A stretch of 24,359 bases of DNA. Source: a virus. Location: positions 1 through 24,359 of the IMG/VR virus record IMGVR_UViG_3300049811_000251. One strand, given 5' to 3'. The notes under the pieces were generated by a model. That model searched no databases, was not told the DNA's origin, and was given only the letters and a program-made list of their open reading frames with translations. Made by a program: the position numbers and the translations under genes. Positions 7,536 through 15,126 of the stretch are shown piece by piece (position 1 is the stretch's first letter; every line of letters starts with the position of its first letter).

Positions 7536-8220
7536 CCCTATCCACTGCTTTCCAAAGTTTTCTCTGGGGGTCTAGTTGTGAGTCCTCCACACGGACTACT
7601 TTAACTAAACGAGTAGCAGCCATCTTATTTGGGTCTTCGGTTCTAATGTAGAATGGCTGTGGGAACTTAGGAGGTTCTAAACTAGATGGATTGCACGCAC
7701 CGACTTCAAATTCGGCCTTATCTTTCAGAATAACCTTATCATACCAACTTTTATCCAGAGTAAGAGCTTGTAATCTATCCACTAATTTAACGAGCACAGG
7801 AGAGTAACTGTCTACAAGTTCCTTTAGAAACTCCGCAGCTAGAGATTTCTTATATGAAAATTCTTCAATCATTGGAACATTGGCTACCATAGGAGCGTTA
7901 GCTAAAACTTCATCAACGTACCCAGATTCATACTCCTCTGGCGAGAAAAGAGGCTCATCAATAGCTTTAAGGATGTTTTCCTTAGTCTTTTCAGATTCTA
8001 AGAATCTGTTAAGGTGCTGATCTGCGTTGTTAAAGTCAATCAGCCATTCTTCAAATTTTCCTCCTTGTTGAAGGTCTTTCCAAGGTGCAACATCTCCATT
8101 CAAGTGGAGTCCATCTACGCCATCACTCTCGTCAATGAGATTATTGACGCTAGCGAATCCTTGGATGATTTTATCAAAGAGTTCTTTAGGGAGTTTCATT
8201 TCTTCCATCATCATCCACAT
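7492..8220 (-). CDS. phage hypothetical protein
   Basis: 242 aa; ESDGVDGLHLNGDVAPW motif recalled from phage hypotheticals. Confidence 0.7.
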   Translation of the reverse strand: MWMMMEEMKLPKELFDKIIQGFASVNNLIDESDGVDGLHLNGDVAPWKDLQQGGKFEEWLIDFNNADQHLNRFLESEKTKENILKAIDEPLFSPEEYESGYVDEVLANAPMVANVPMIEEFSYKKSLAAEFLKELVDSYSPVLVKLVDRLQALTLDKSWYDKVILKDKAEFEVGACNPSSLEPPKFPQPFYIRTEDPNKMAATRLVKVVRVEDSQLDPQRKLWKAVDRDGVHYYFSEWQYSA

Positions 8221-8399
8221 CCTTCCGTTACTTCGTGTTCATCTTTCCAGCCAGTATCAACAAGATACTGAGCGGCCTTACCGTACTCTTCCGCCAGAAG
8301 ATCATTAGAACGTTGAAGTTCTTCTTTAATGCGTTTTCTGCACTCAGTCAACGCAGTTTTGGGATACTTGGTAGTCAGGTACAGTACAATGTCGATCAT
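8211..8399 (-). CDS. hypothetical protein
   Basis: ATG 8399 with GGAGAG SD from palindrome 8407 removes the long overlap in the track. Confidence 0.55.
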   Translation of the reverse strand: MIDIVLYLTTKYPKTALTECRKRIKEELQRSNDLLAEEYGKAAQYLVDTGWKDEHEVTEGCG

Positions 8400-9235
8400 T
8401 CTACTCTCCAAACCATTGGATATTTCTTTTCTCGAAGTAAAAACGACGCAATATGTTCTTCCGTAAGTAAGACTATCTGCCAGCCGTAAAGTTGACAAAA
8501 TTCATACACGGCTTTCTTTACTCCAACTCCCCAAGGCTCATCGCAGAAGTCATGTCCTGTAATTAGACCTCCAGGAACCACTTTATCTTTAAGCAACGCA
8601 AGTTCATCTCGTGTTACTTCATAACCGTGATCGCTGTCAATGTAAACCCAGTTTAGTGATTCGTTAGGTAAAGACTTAAGGAATGGCACTGAGTAGGAAC
8701 GCACAATTTCAACATTGGTCCTACCTTCAAATCGTGCCAGCACTCCATTATATGTTTCTTCTCCGGTTTCCTGAAACCAGGAATCTGCGTCTGGAGATTT
8801 TTCCCAATCCCACCTATCAACGAGATACAGCTTGTGAGGCTTGGTAATGTTCAGCAATTGTTCAGCGTTAGAACCTTTGAAGACGCCCAACTCAACGCCA
8901 ATACTACCCTTAGGGAACAGTTTATACATATCTTCCCGAGTTAGGCAGTTTCTTCCAAAGTTTGGCTCGGGGTCTTGTTTCAAAGATAGTCCGTAAAGAT
9001 GAGTCTCGAAACATTCTTTCAAATGCTGTAATTCCTTAGTGCTTCCTGAGTTAATCTTATACACTGCACCATCAGTCTTAGCAATTTGAAAAAACGCATC
9101 CCCGAGAAGAAACCTTCCGACTTCCGCATCAGTTTCCCTAAGGTTGACAGTTACTCCAAAACCCTTGCTAAGGAATTCTACAAGGGTATCAAGAAGCTCG
9201 CTAGATACGTACCACATGCTTTTGGTTCCAATCAT
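8396..9235 (-). CDS. class I SAM-dependent methyltransferase (Methyltransf_24-like) with N-terminal extension
   Basis: GVELGVFKG, LYLVDRW, VYIDSDHGYE, PGGLITGHDF motifs. Confidence 0.85.
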   Translation of the reverse strand: MIGTKSMWYVSSELLDTLVEFLSKGFGVTVNLRETDAEVGRFLLGDAFFQIAKTDGAVYKINSGSTKELQHLKECFETHLYGLSLKQDPEPNFGRNCLTREDMYKLFPKGSIGVELGVFKGSNAEQLLNITKPHKLYLVDRWDWEKSPDADSWFQETGEETYNGVLARFEGRTNVEIVRSYSVPFLKSLPNESLNWVYIDSDHGYEVTRDELALLKDKVVPGGLITGHDFCDEPWGVGVKKAVYEFCQLYGWQIVLLTEEHIASFLLREKKYPMVWRVE

Positions 9236-9435
9236 TTGGAGTTTTTGACGACTTCCACATCAATCTCGGCTTGGATTAACGCATTAGTTAATCCATTTTT
9301 CATCAAACGCACCGCTTCGCGGGCAAAACTTGAAGGAAGACCCATAGCTTTTTTGTGTGCAACTATTTTATCAATAGTGCGAATTATCCATTGATCTTCT
9401 TCAGGAACCGAGATCGTTCTTAGCATTTGTTTCAT
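9232..9435 (-). CDS. putative ribbon-helix-helix protein
   Basis: RTISVP strand followed by two helices. Confidence 0.6.
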   Translation of the reverse strand: MKQMLRTISVPEEDQWIIRTIDKIVAHKKAMGLPSSFAREAVRLMKNGLTNALIQAEIDVEVVKNSK

Positions 9436-9601
9436 GTAGCGGCTTTAGTCTTTCATATAAGATGAGCCTAATTACGTCAGACTCGTTCATCCTTATCCCC
9501 ATTTTCTCGTATTCTTTCACAATGTCAAGTATTTTATCCCTCATCCACAGTTGTTCTGTGGGAATCCACACACTCAGTCTGTTGGGATAAATCTTTGCCA
9601 T
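9401..9601 (-). CDS. putative ribbon-helix-helix protein
   Basis: RLSVWIP strand, helix, MG, SDVIRLIL helix; start moved to ATG 9601 because the track start lies in tRNA-Thr. Confidence 0.65.
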   Translation of the reverse strand: MAKIYPNRLSVWIPTEQLWMRDKILDIVKEYEKMGIRMNESDVIRLILYERLKPLHETNAKNDLGS

Positions 9602-9603
9602 AA

Positions 9604-9676
9604 GGCCAACAGAGGGACTCGAACCCTCAACCTGTTGATTACAAGTCAACTGCTCTACCAATTGAGCTATGTTGGC
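9604..9676 (-). tRNA. tRNA-Thr(UGU)
   Basis: Cloverleaf GCCAACA/TGTTGGC, anticodon loop CTTGTAA, TTCGA T-loop; no encoded CCA. Confidence 0.95.
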
Positions 9677-9682
9677 AACTTA

Positions 9683-10135
9683 CTATTTGAGTTCTTCTTC
9701 CAGAATCATAGCCAACCGATCAATTCTTCGGCGATATTCCTTATCGGATGCCGACATTCCTGCAATTCTAGCCGCGTTTGCTCTCGCAGAGTACGTATCA
9801 CCCTGCTCCAGGTCTCTTACCACTCCCGCCACCCACGTTGCCATCCTTGCCTCTTCCCCAAAAAACAATGCGGCGAACCCGTCTTGACATTCAGATTCTG
9901 CCAGTGATGCGTTTACTGTCAGCAGCGCCCAATTAACCGCTTCGCCTCGCAGATCGGCCCGCAGACCTTCGAGCACAGCGGTTGTTGCGGCTGGTAAAAT
10001 TTTCTTACCGAACACATGCTCCAGGCACTCCGCAAGCCAGCGAAGCATTGCTCTACGGCTATGCTTCGCAGCTAAATCCGTCAAATACCACAGTCTGTCA
10101 ACAATTGACCAACGACTGTTTTTGGTTATCTTCAT
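9683..10135 (-). CDS. hypothetical protein (weak Imm5-like pattern)
   Basis: 150 aa, AAGGA SD; WLAECLEHV and Ala-rich helices. Confidence 0.7.
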   Translation of the reverse strand: MKITKNSRWSIVDRLWYLTDLAAKHSRRAMLRWLAECLEHVFGKKILPAATTAVLEGLRADLRGEAVNWALLTVNASLAESECQDGFAALFFGEEARMATWVAGVVRDLEQGDTYSARANAARIAGMSASDKEYRRRIDRLAMILEEELK

Positions 10136-10150
10136 TGAAGTTTCCTTCGT

Positions 10151-10435
10151 TTATTGAGTTTCTTTAACAACTTTTTCAGTGAAAACATGCCAAATGTAAC
10201 CACCTTCTTGAATTGTGGAGAAGTATGGTAGCTCAGTAGTTATCTCCCAACCTGTACCATACACTCGTATTGGGTGTAAGGCTGTAGTGGAGTCTTTAAT
10301 ATCGTAAACTAAAACCCACACTTGGATTGTATCATTCTGTCTTTGAATATGTAAAAGTTCTCCTAGGGGTAGTTCCATGTAAACATCTTGATACCACGCA
10401 GTTTTGGGTACTTCGTACTTATAGATTTTTTTCAT
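10151..10435 (-). CDS. conserved small phage protein (DUF7352-like)
   Basis: IYKY...W.LV...YGTG...IWHVF pattern; family name recalled, not searched. Confidence 0.75.
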   Translation of the reverse strand: MKKIYKYEVPKTAWYQDVYMELPLGELLHIQRQNDTIQVWVLVYDIKDSTTALHPIRVYGTGWEITTELPYFSTIQEGGYIWHVFTEKVVKETQ

Positions 10436-10895
10436 TTTTATCCAAACAATTGGAGTTTATCTTAGCCAATTCCAACTTTTTCTTGATTTGTCGTCGGCTT
10501 GTCTTAGGAGTTTTTCCTAATTTTCTATTCTCGTTAGCTTGAGGAAAAACGTAATGAAAAGTACGAATCTTCTTACAGATAGTGCTTAAAGCCTGACATA
10601 GAACACTTTTAATGTTTTCATCTTTAACGTCAGACTCAAAAACCTTAAAACTAATTCCATAGAGTCTGTACTTTAAGCAACCTCCTACGTCGTTACCTCT
10701 ATCTATTAGTAAGTAAGCGTCCTTGTCCGCAGTATCCACTTCATTAGGATGATGAACTGCTTTTGATTCGCAGTGTGTGTATAAAATCAATCTACCTTCG
10801 ATTGTAACATCAATAAACTTAGAATACTTACTTTTGTAGAATTTAACGGATAAGTCCCTATTTCCTAGTTCTTTGACTATTGATAGAATGTCCAT
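10419..10895 (-). CDS. hypothetical protein
   Basis: 158 aa in operon. Confidence 0.65.
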   Translation of the reverse strand: MDILSIVKELGNRDLSVKFYKSKYSKFIDVTIEGRLILYTHCESKAVHHPNEVDTADKDAYLLIDRGNDVGGCLKYRLYGISFKVFESDVKDENIKSVLCQALSTICKKIRTFHYVFPQANENRKLGKTPKTSRRQIKKKLELAKINSNCLDKNEKNL

Positions 10896-10896
10896 T

Positions 10897-11205
10897 TTAA
10901 CCCTTTGTCATTCTAAATACTGCGATAAGAAACTTCCTAATTATCTCATCCATCTCGGCAGTTTGTTCCCTAAACTGCCAATGAATTAACTTGTACTTGA
11001 TGAGAAACTTGTCGATCTCTGTTAAGATAGGGTCTCTATCGTAAGACCCTCTAACAGAAGAAATAATGTCAGACGCAATTGCTAAGCAGTTTCGTTCTCC
11101 AGCTAATTTTTCCCACCAGTCTGGAACGTATCCTTGAGGAGGATCAAGAATCTTTCCCTTAACTTTGCGGTAAAGTTCAATCTGTTCTTTTGTATCGAGA
11201 ATCAT
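10897..11205 (-). CDS. hypothetical protein
   Basis: 102 aa, GGAGG SD, TAATG coupling. Confidence 0.7.
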   Translation of the reverse strand: MILDTKEQIELYRKVKGKILDPPQGYVPDWWEKLAGERNCLAIASDIISSVRGSYDRDPILTEIDKFLIKYKLIHWQFREQTAEMDEIIRKFLIAVFRMTKG

Positions 11206-11375
11206 TATTCTTCCTCCATTCGAGAAATAAGAGCCACAACTAAACAGTGAGCCGCTCCCAAAATGTACGCCTTAATTATCTTTGCGTACTCACTAACTTC
11301 TAATACTTGTATGAGGTTTAGTGTTAAAATGGACGCAATCGTAACTAGCATCACCAAAGAAACTTTATTGAGCAT
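11205..11375 (-). CDS. small membrane protein, 56 aa (not in ORF track)
   Basis: AAGGAG SD; MLNKVSLVMLVTIASILTLNLIQV...ILGAAHCLVVALI, two hydrophobic segments. Confidence 0.65.
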   Translation of the reverse strand: MLNKVSLVMLVTIASILTLNLIQVLEVSEYAKIIKAYILGAAHCLVVALISRMEEE

Positions 11376-11390
11376 CTTTAATCTCCTTAG

Positions 11391-11463
11391 TTGAAGAGGC
11401 GGGATTTGAACCCGCGACCTTCCGGGTGTAAGCCGGATGCTCTTACCGCTGAGCTACTCTTCA
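11391..11463 (-). tRNA. tRNA-Val(UAC)
   Basis: TGAAGAG/CTCTTCA acceptor, anticodon loop CTTACAC, TTCAAAT T-loop. Confidence 0.9.
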
Positions 11464-11475
11464 AGAATTACGCAA

Positions 11476-11739
11476 CTATACTTGTGATTTCTTTCTAAAT
11501 GAAGACGCCAACTGATAATCAGTGTATGTTTCTCCGTCTTGTTCCTCAGTGTAAGGAACTGGAGACTCAACTATTCTACCCCAACAAATGTTATTGACAA
11601 CTTCTTCATCCCATTCTGACTCAGGTCTAGTTCTTTCCTCTTCCAGTGCTTTTTCAGCGTAATTCTTCGCCTCTTCCTTAGTTTCAAAAAGTTCGTAATC
11701 GTACCCATCTGTGGCAAAGTATCGGTTTCGTTTACTCAT
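11476..11739 (-). CDS. acidic phage hypothetical protein
   Basis: FETKEEAK..A...W.EEV..ICWG pattern. Confidence 0.75.
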   Translation of the reverse strand: MSKRNRYFATDGYDYELFETKEEAKNYAEKALEEERTRPESEWDEEVVNNICWGRIVESPVPYTEEQDGETYTDYQLASSFRKKSQV

Positions 11740-11785
11740 CTTCAAAGTCCAATTAGTTGGAGGAAATTAGTAAACTTTTAGTCAG

Positions 11786-11859
11786 TGACCCCAGTGGGAC
11801 TCGAACCCACGACCTACGGATTAAAAGTCCGTTGCTCTAACCATCTGAGCTACGGGGTC
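11786..11859 (-). tRNA. tRNA-Lys(UUU)
   Basis: GACCCCG/TGGGGTC acceptor, ACGGA-CTTTTAA-TCCGT anticodon arm. Confidence 0.95.
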
Positions 11860-12016
11860 CAGTATCTTTAGGAGGAGTATCTCCTACATATCCAGGGAGT
11901 AATCTAATGTTATCGTAGTAAGTGGCCTCATCTACCTCTACCCACTTGCCCTCCCCACGAAATTCTCCTAACGCAGGATATTTAATCCAAAATCGAGGCT
12001 TATCTTGTGTATTCAT
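11837..12016 (-). CDS. small hypothetical protein, 59 aa (not in track; stop inside tRNA-Lys)
   Basis: GGGGA SD, MNTQDKPRFWIKYP...; fills the gap between two tRNAs. Confidence 0.5.
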   Translation of the reverse strand: MNTQDKPRFWIKYPALGEFRGEGKWVEVDEATYYDNIRLLPGYVGDTPPKDTGPRSSDG

Positions 12017-12068
12017 GTTTTCCCCTAAATAGGGACGGAAGGATTTGAACCTTCGACCTACGGATTAG

Positions 12069-12688
12069 CTTCCCACACTACATTACTGTAGCCATACTTT
12101 CGTATGTTGTAGGCTGGACTATATCTTCACCATTTCAGGTGGACGGCGTATAGTCTCTACGCATCCCGTTGTCTGCGGTTTGCTCGGAATTGTCCATAAC
12201 ATCACTAAGGTTTATAGCCCAGTGATATTCTTGGATGTTTTCCGAAATAGCCATCTCCAGTTTATGTGTTTCTCGGCTGAGTTGTAAAGCTCTCGATAAA
12301 GAACCTCTGCAACTACGACTACAAGTAGTGTAACGTTGCGGAGGCTTAACTAAATGAGTTTGCCTTCGTTCTCTTATGAAAACATCACCACACCAAGGAC
12401 ACTTAAGAATTACAAACAGTTTCATCTTATGTCCGTGCATTCTTGCGTGTTCTGATTTACTCATTACACGCAAATTGCATAAACTGTTGTTTTTCTTATC
12501 ATCATTGATGTGATGAACAACTTCATCCGCATTAAGAAGCCTTCCAAGGTGATTTTCTACAACAACTCTGTGATGTAGAACATAACCATTCTTAGTACAA
12601 AACGGATGTTCTGGTACTAAGGCATAGTTATAAACCCCCTTGCTGACAATCTTCTTAATGTTCCACATAAACGCTCCAATTAAGCACA
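12069..12688 (-). mobile_element. group I intron (620 nt) in tRNA-Arg at 34/35, encoding HNH endonuclease
   Basis: R CGTAGAGACTA, S AAGATATAGTCC, P3 GATGGC/GCCGTC, P8 CACC-TGAAAT-GGTG; exon ends in U, intron ends in G. Confidence 0.9.
12135..12668 (-). CDS. intron-encoded HNH homing endonuclease with C-terminal Zn finger
   Basis: HRVVVE.HLGR.L...EVVHHINDDKKNNSLCNL; CPWC...CSRSC; GGAG SD before ATG 12668. Confidence 0.9.
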   Translation of the reverse strand: MWNIKKIVSKGVYNYALVPEHPFCTKNGYVLHHRVVVENHLGRLLNADEVVHHINDDKKNNSLCNLRVMSKSEHARMHGHKMKLFVILKCPWCGDVFIRERRQTHLVKPPQRYTTCSRSCRGSLSRALQLSRETHKLEMAISENIQEYHWAINLSDVMDNSEQTADNGMRRDYTPST

Positions 12689-12712
12689 AAGTCCGTTGCT
12701 CTATCCGCTGAG

Positions 12713-12907
12713 CTACGCCCCCAAATTAGTCTCCTTTCGTTGCTCTATCCGCTGAGCTACGCCCCTAATCTTGAGCCACTTAATAAGTTCATAGTAATCT
12801 GAAAAGATAGGAGAAGAGGCAACGAACCTCCCATCTTTCTTTTCGCCTGTCGAAAGGAAAGTACCTACTTTCCCGTTAGAAGCCGTACACTGATAACAGG
12901 TAATCAT
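12713..12907 (-). CDS. hypothetical protein
   Basis: 64 aa, ATGA coupling; C-terminus encoded by the duplicated tRNA fragment. Confidence 0.55.
   Translation of the reverse strand: MITCYQCTASNGKVGTFLSTGEKKDGRFVASSPIFSDYYELIKWLKIRGVAQRIEQRKETNLGA
12738..12766 (-). repeat. duplicated 5' fragment of tRNA-Arg
   Basis: 28 nt (12738-12765) identical to 12694-12721. Confidence 0.9.
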
Positions 12908-13101
12908 TCTTGTATAGTTTCTGAAGGAAGTTTGATACTTACGTTATCCCCTAGACGCACTCGTGCATCTAAGTCCTTTTCACTCTTCCCATTCACGAAA
13001 ATAAATCCGTTTAGGGCTAAGACTGAGAGGGTATCACGTTTGAGCTTTAATCTTTCGATTAAAACTTTCTTCAACGCAACGGTTTTGAGTTTGAATAGCA
13101 T
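12904..13101 (-). CDS. stand-alone S4-like RNA-binding protein
   Basis: LKRD.....LNGFIFVNG....D....V..GDNVSI fits the S4 motif; GGAGG SD before ATG 13101. Confidence 0.7.
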   Translation of the reverse strand: MLFKLKTVALKKVLIERLKLKRDTLSVLALNGFIFVNGKSEKDLDARVRLGDNVSIKLPSETIQE

Positions 13102-13112
13102 AATTCCTCCAG

Positions 13113-13200
13113 CGGAGACTGAGGGACTCGAACCCTCACCGGACATTATCCGGGCTTGTTTTCAAAACAAGTGCAGCAAACCTTTATCTGCCTAGTCTCC
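13113..13200 (-). tRNA. tRNA-Ser(UGA)
   Basis: GGAGACT/AGTCTCC acceptor, anticodon loop TTTGAAA, long variable arm, G73; atypical A8. Confidence 0.9.
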
Positions 13201-13252
13201 ATCAGTAGCCCCGGCGGGACTCGAACCCGCACGCCTTGCGGCAAGGGATTTT

Positions 13253-13878
13253 CTTTACCACATCACTTTCGTATTGTGGTCTGGACTTTCTCTTGACCAT
13301 TTCAGGTCCGCCGTGTAAAGTCTCTACACTCACTGATTTCTCAGTTAGCTCGGGGTTTCCATGACGAAAGGATTCTCCGAATTAGCGGCGTCCACTTAAC
13401 AAGTTACTATTCCTTGTTAAGGCTCTTAAAGGATGTGAGACTAGGTAACGGTGATTTATGATGGCTTTTTATTCCAGCACACTTTTTAGAGCAATACGGA
13501 CCTGTGTTGCTTTTATTCCTATTCCTTTCTCGTGCAATTCTGCTAATTTTTGCACCAGAAAGAAAGAAGAATTCTTTACAAACAGGGCACTGAAATTCCT
13601 GAAGGGGGTATCTCAAAGCATCTATCTTGCAATGAGATCGTCTTTCAAGAATCCTTAGATTGCTCAAATCATCGTTAGTAAAGTCTCCGTCAATATGATC
13701 TACAGTTTCCCACGCTTCCAAGTATCTGCCTAAATGAACTTCAACCAGATACTTTGGATACGATACAGTTGTTCTTTTTCCGTTCTTATACAGAAGACAG
13801 ACGTGCTTACGCCCATCTTTTCGTAAATACGGACCACGAACAACTGCGTCACTGTAAATCACTTTACATCCTTTCTCA
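13253..13878 (-). mobile_element. group I intron (626 nt, IC3-like) in tRNA-Leu(UAA) with HNH ORF in L1
   Basis: IGS GAGCC, P2 CTTAACAAG/CTTGTTAAG, P3 CGCCG/CGGCG, R GTAGAGACTTT, S AAGAGAAAGTCC, terminal G. Confidence 0.92.
13407..13862 (-). CDS. intron-encoded HNH homing endonuclease with C-terminal Zn finger
   Basis: HLGRYL..WETVDHIDGDFTNDDLSNL; CPVC...YCSKKC; GTG 13862 with AAGGA SD (track ATG 13898 lies in the tRNA exon). Confidence 0.9.
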   Translation of the reverse strand: MIYSDAVVRGPYLRKDGRKHVCLLYKNGKRTTVSYPKYLVEVHLGRYLEAWETVDHIDGDFTNDDLSNLRILERRSHCKIDALRYPLQEFQCPVCKEFFFLSGAKISRIARERNRNKSNTGPYCSKKCAGIKSHHKSPLPSLTSFKSLNKE

Positions 13879-13917
13879 AAGTCCCTTGTGTCTGCCATTC
13901 CACCACAGGGCCTGAAT

Positions 13918-14331
13918 CTAGCACAAGGATTCTAAGAAAGCTCCAATTGTTTGGAGTTCCTTTGCGTTTTTCTCAAACGCAGGATCGAAGAACCCGTATT
14001 CTCCGCGTTTCTGGTTCTCCAAAAAGACACGCACCTTTTCCAGCGTTTCCTTGTAATTCTTTACAGCATCTAAGGCTGGAAACTTAGTTCCCTTCGGAAA
14101 CAGTATAGACTTTACTCTGTAATCCGAAGTAGGTAAAAGGTACTCTACTTCAAGGATTTCCTTTTCCAGGATTAACTCATCCAAGGCGAGGAAGAAATCT
14201 TCTTTCGTAGAGGGAGTCAGAGAATCAGCACTTGTGTTGCTGCTAAACTTCGCGGCTAATTCCGTAGCCTTAAGAGGCCCCTCGTTTTGAACGATTTCTT
14301 TGATGATTCGCTTAGTTTTTTCGTTACTCAT
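13918..14331 (-). CDS. putative winged-HTH protein
   Basis: GPLKATELA...ALDELI..KEI; similar to neighbour. Confidence 0.7.
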   Translation of the reverse strand: MSNEKTKRIIKEIVQNEGPLKATELAAKFSSNTSADSLTPSTKEDFFLALDELILEKEILEVEYLLPTSDYRVKSILFPKGTKFPALDAVKNYKETLEKVRVFLENQKRGEYGFFDPAFEKNAKELQTIGAFLESLC

Positions 14332-14594
14332 ACAGATTTCTCCTGAATGAATTGAAAAGTGACAGTCTTATCAAAAAGCAACAATGTCTTAAGGGAGTCC
14401 ATTTCAAACACTAAGAATTGAACCTCCTTTGAATCAATCAAGTCCTGAATAGCTCTTGCAACATTAGTACAGTGGTGAGAGTCTCTGTAGATACTGTACA
14501 GAGCGGCCACAGTCAAAGGACTGTTAATTCTTAAAGCATTCTTGATCTTATTTTTAATAAGATCGTGGTCTGGGTGACGTAATTCTAGTGACAT
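14328..14594 (-). CDS. putative winged-HTH protein, paralog-like to 13918..14331
   Basis: SPLTVAAL...AIQDLI..KEV. Confidence 0.65.
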   Translation of the reverse strand: MSLELRHPDHDLIKNKIKNALRINSPLTVAALYSIYRDSHHCTNVARAIQDLIDSKEVQFLVFEMDSLKTLLLFDKTVTFQFIQEKSV

Positions 14595-14608
14595 ACTTTA
14601 GTTAGCAC

Positions 14609-15115
14609 CTAAAAAGAGTGCTTTCTGTATAAATCGAGGGTAGTTTGAACTAAACCCTTCATACGCAAATCAAAAGCCGACACTCCACAATTCTTCAAAG
14701 CGGGCCAGTTTTTCCACGCCGTTTGCAGGAGATCAATATACAAAGTTTCTTCTTGTTCGTCAATAGAAATCTTGTCAAATTTAGCGTTACGCAAAACCCG
14801 CAGCAGGGTTAGTAAACTTTGTTCAGGCTTCAAACGATCTTTTACACACTTTTCGATTTCCATAAGTCGCCACGCACACGCGAGCAAAACATCTCCGTGG
14901 CATCTTTTAGGGTGACACCAGCATCCTAAAATCTTTCCCCTTAATTCTCCTAAATCATAGAGGAGGGGACTGCCCAAAAACCACTGTTCATACTTATCAA
15001 TGACTTCTTCTCGATTTCCGTCTTTCCCTATTTCGTAATGATTACCCCACTTAGAAGGTCTTCCGATGTACACGTCGTAGTGTACTCCATCTCTATTGCA
15101 ATGAACTACCTTCAT
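14609..15115 (-). CDS. DUF4326-domain protein
   Basis: VVHC...YDVYIGRPSKWGN...ELRGKILGCWCHPKRCHGDVL. Confidence 0.85.
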   Translation of the reverse strand: MKVVHCNRDGVHYDVYIGRPSKWGNHYEIGKDGNREEVIDKYEQWFLGSPLLYDLGELRGKILGCWCHPKRCHGDVLLACAWRLMEIEKCVKDRLKPEQSLLTLLRVLRNAKFDKISIDEQEETLYIDLLQTAWKNWPALKNCGVSAFDLRMKGLVQTTLDLYRKHSF

Positions 15116-15126
15116 GGTAACTCCAA

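Larger units (their letters stand above)
12030..12722 (-). tRNA. tRNA-Arg(UCU), split by group I intron (exons 12689-12722 and 12030-12068)
   Basis: Spliced anticodon arm ACGGA-CTT^CTAA-TCCGT; A20 Arg identity base in D-loop; intron ends in G. Confidence 0.85.
13206..13912 (-). tRNA. tRNA-Leu(UAA), split by group I intron (exons 13879-13912 and 13206-13252)
   Basis: Spliced anticodon arm AGGGA-CTT^AAAA-TCCCT, long variable arm GCC-GCAA-GGC, A73. Confidence 0.92.

Noticed and set aside
12030-12722. Reading the split tRNA as Lys(UUU) (CTTT^TAA)
   Set aside because: The intron would end in C rather than the required G, and A20 indicates Arg.
9401-13898. Track starts at 9661, 12689, 13146 and 13898
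   Set aside because: They fall inside tRNA sequence; downstream starts outside the tRNAs are more plausible.
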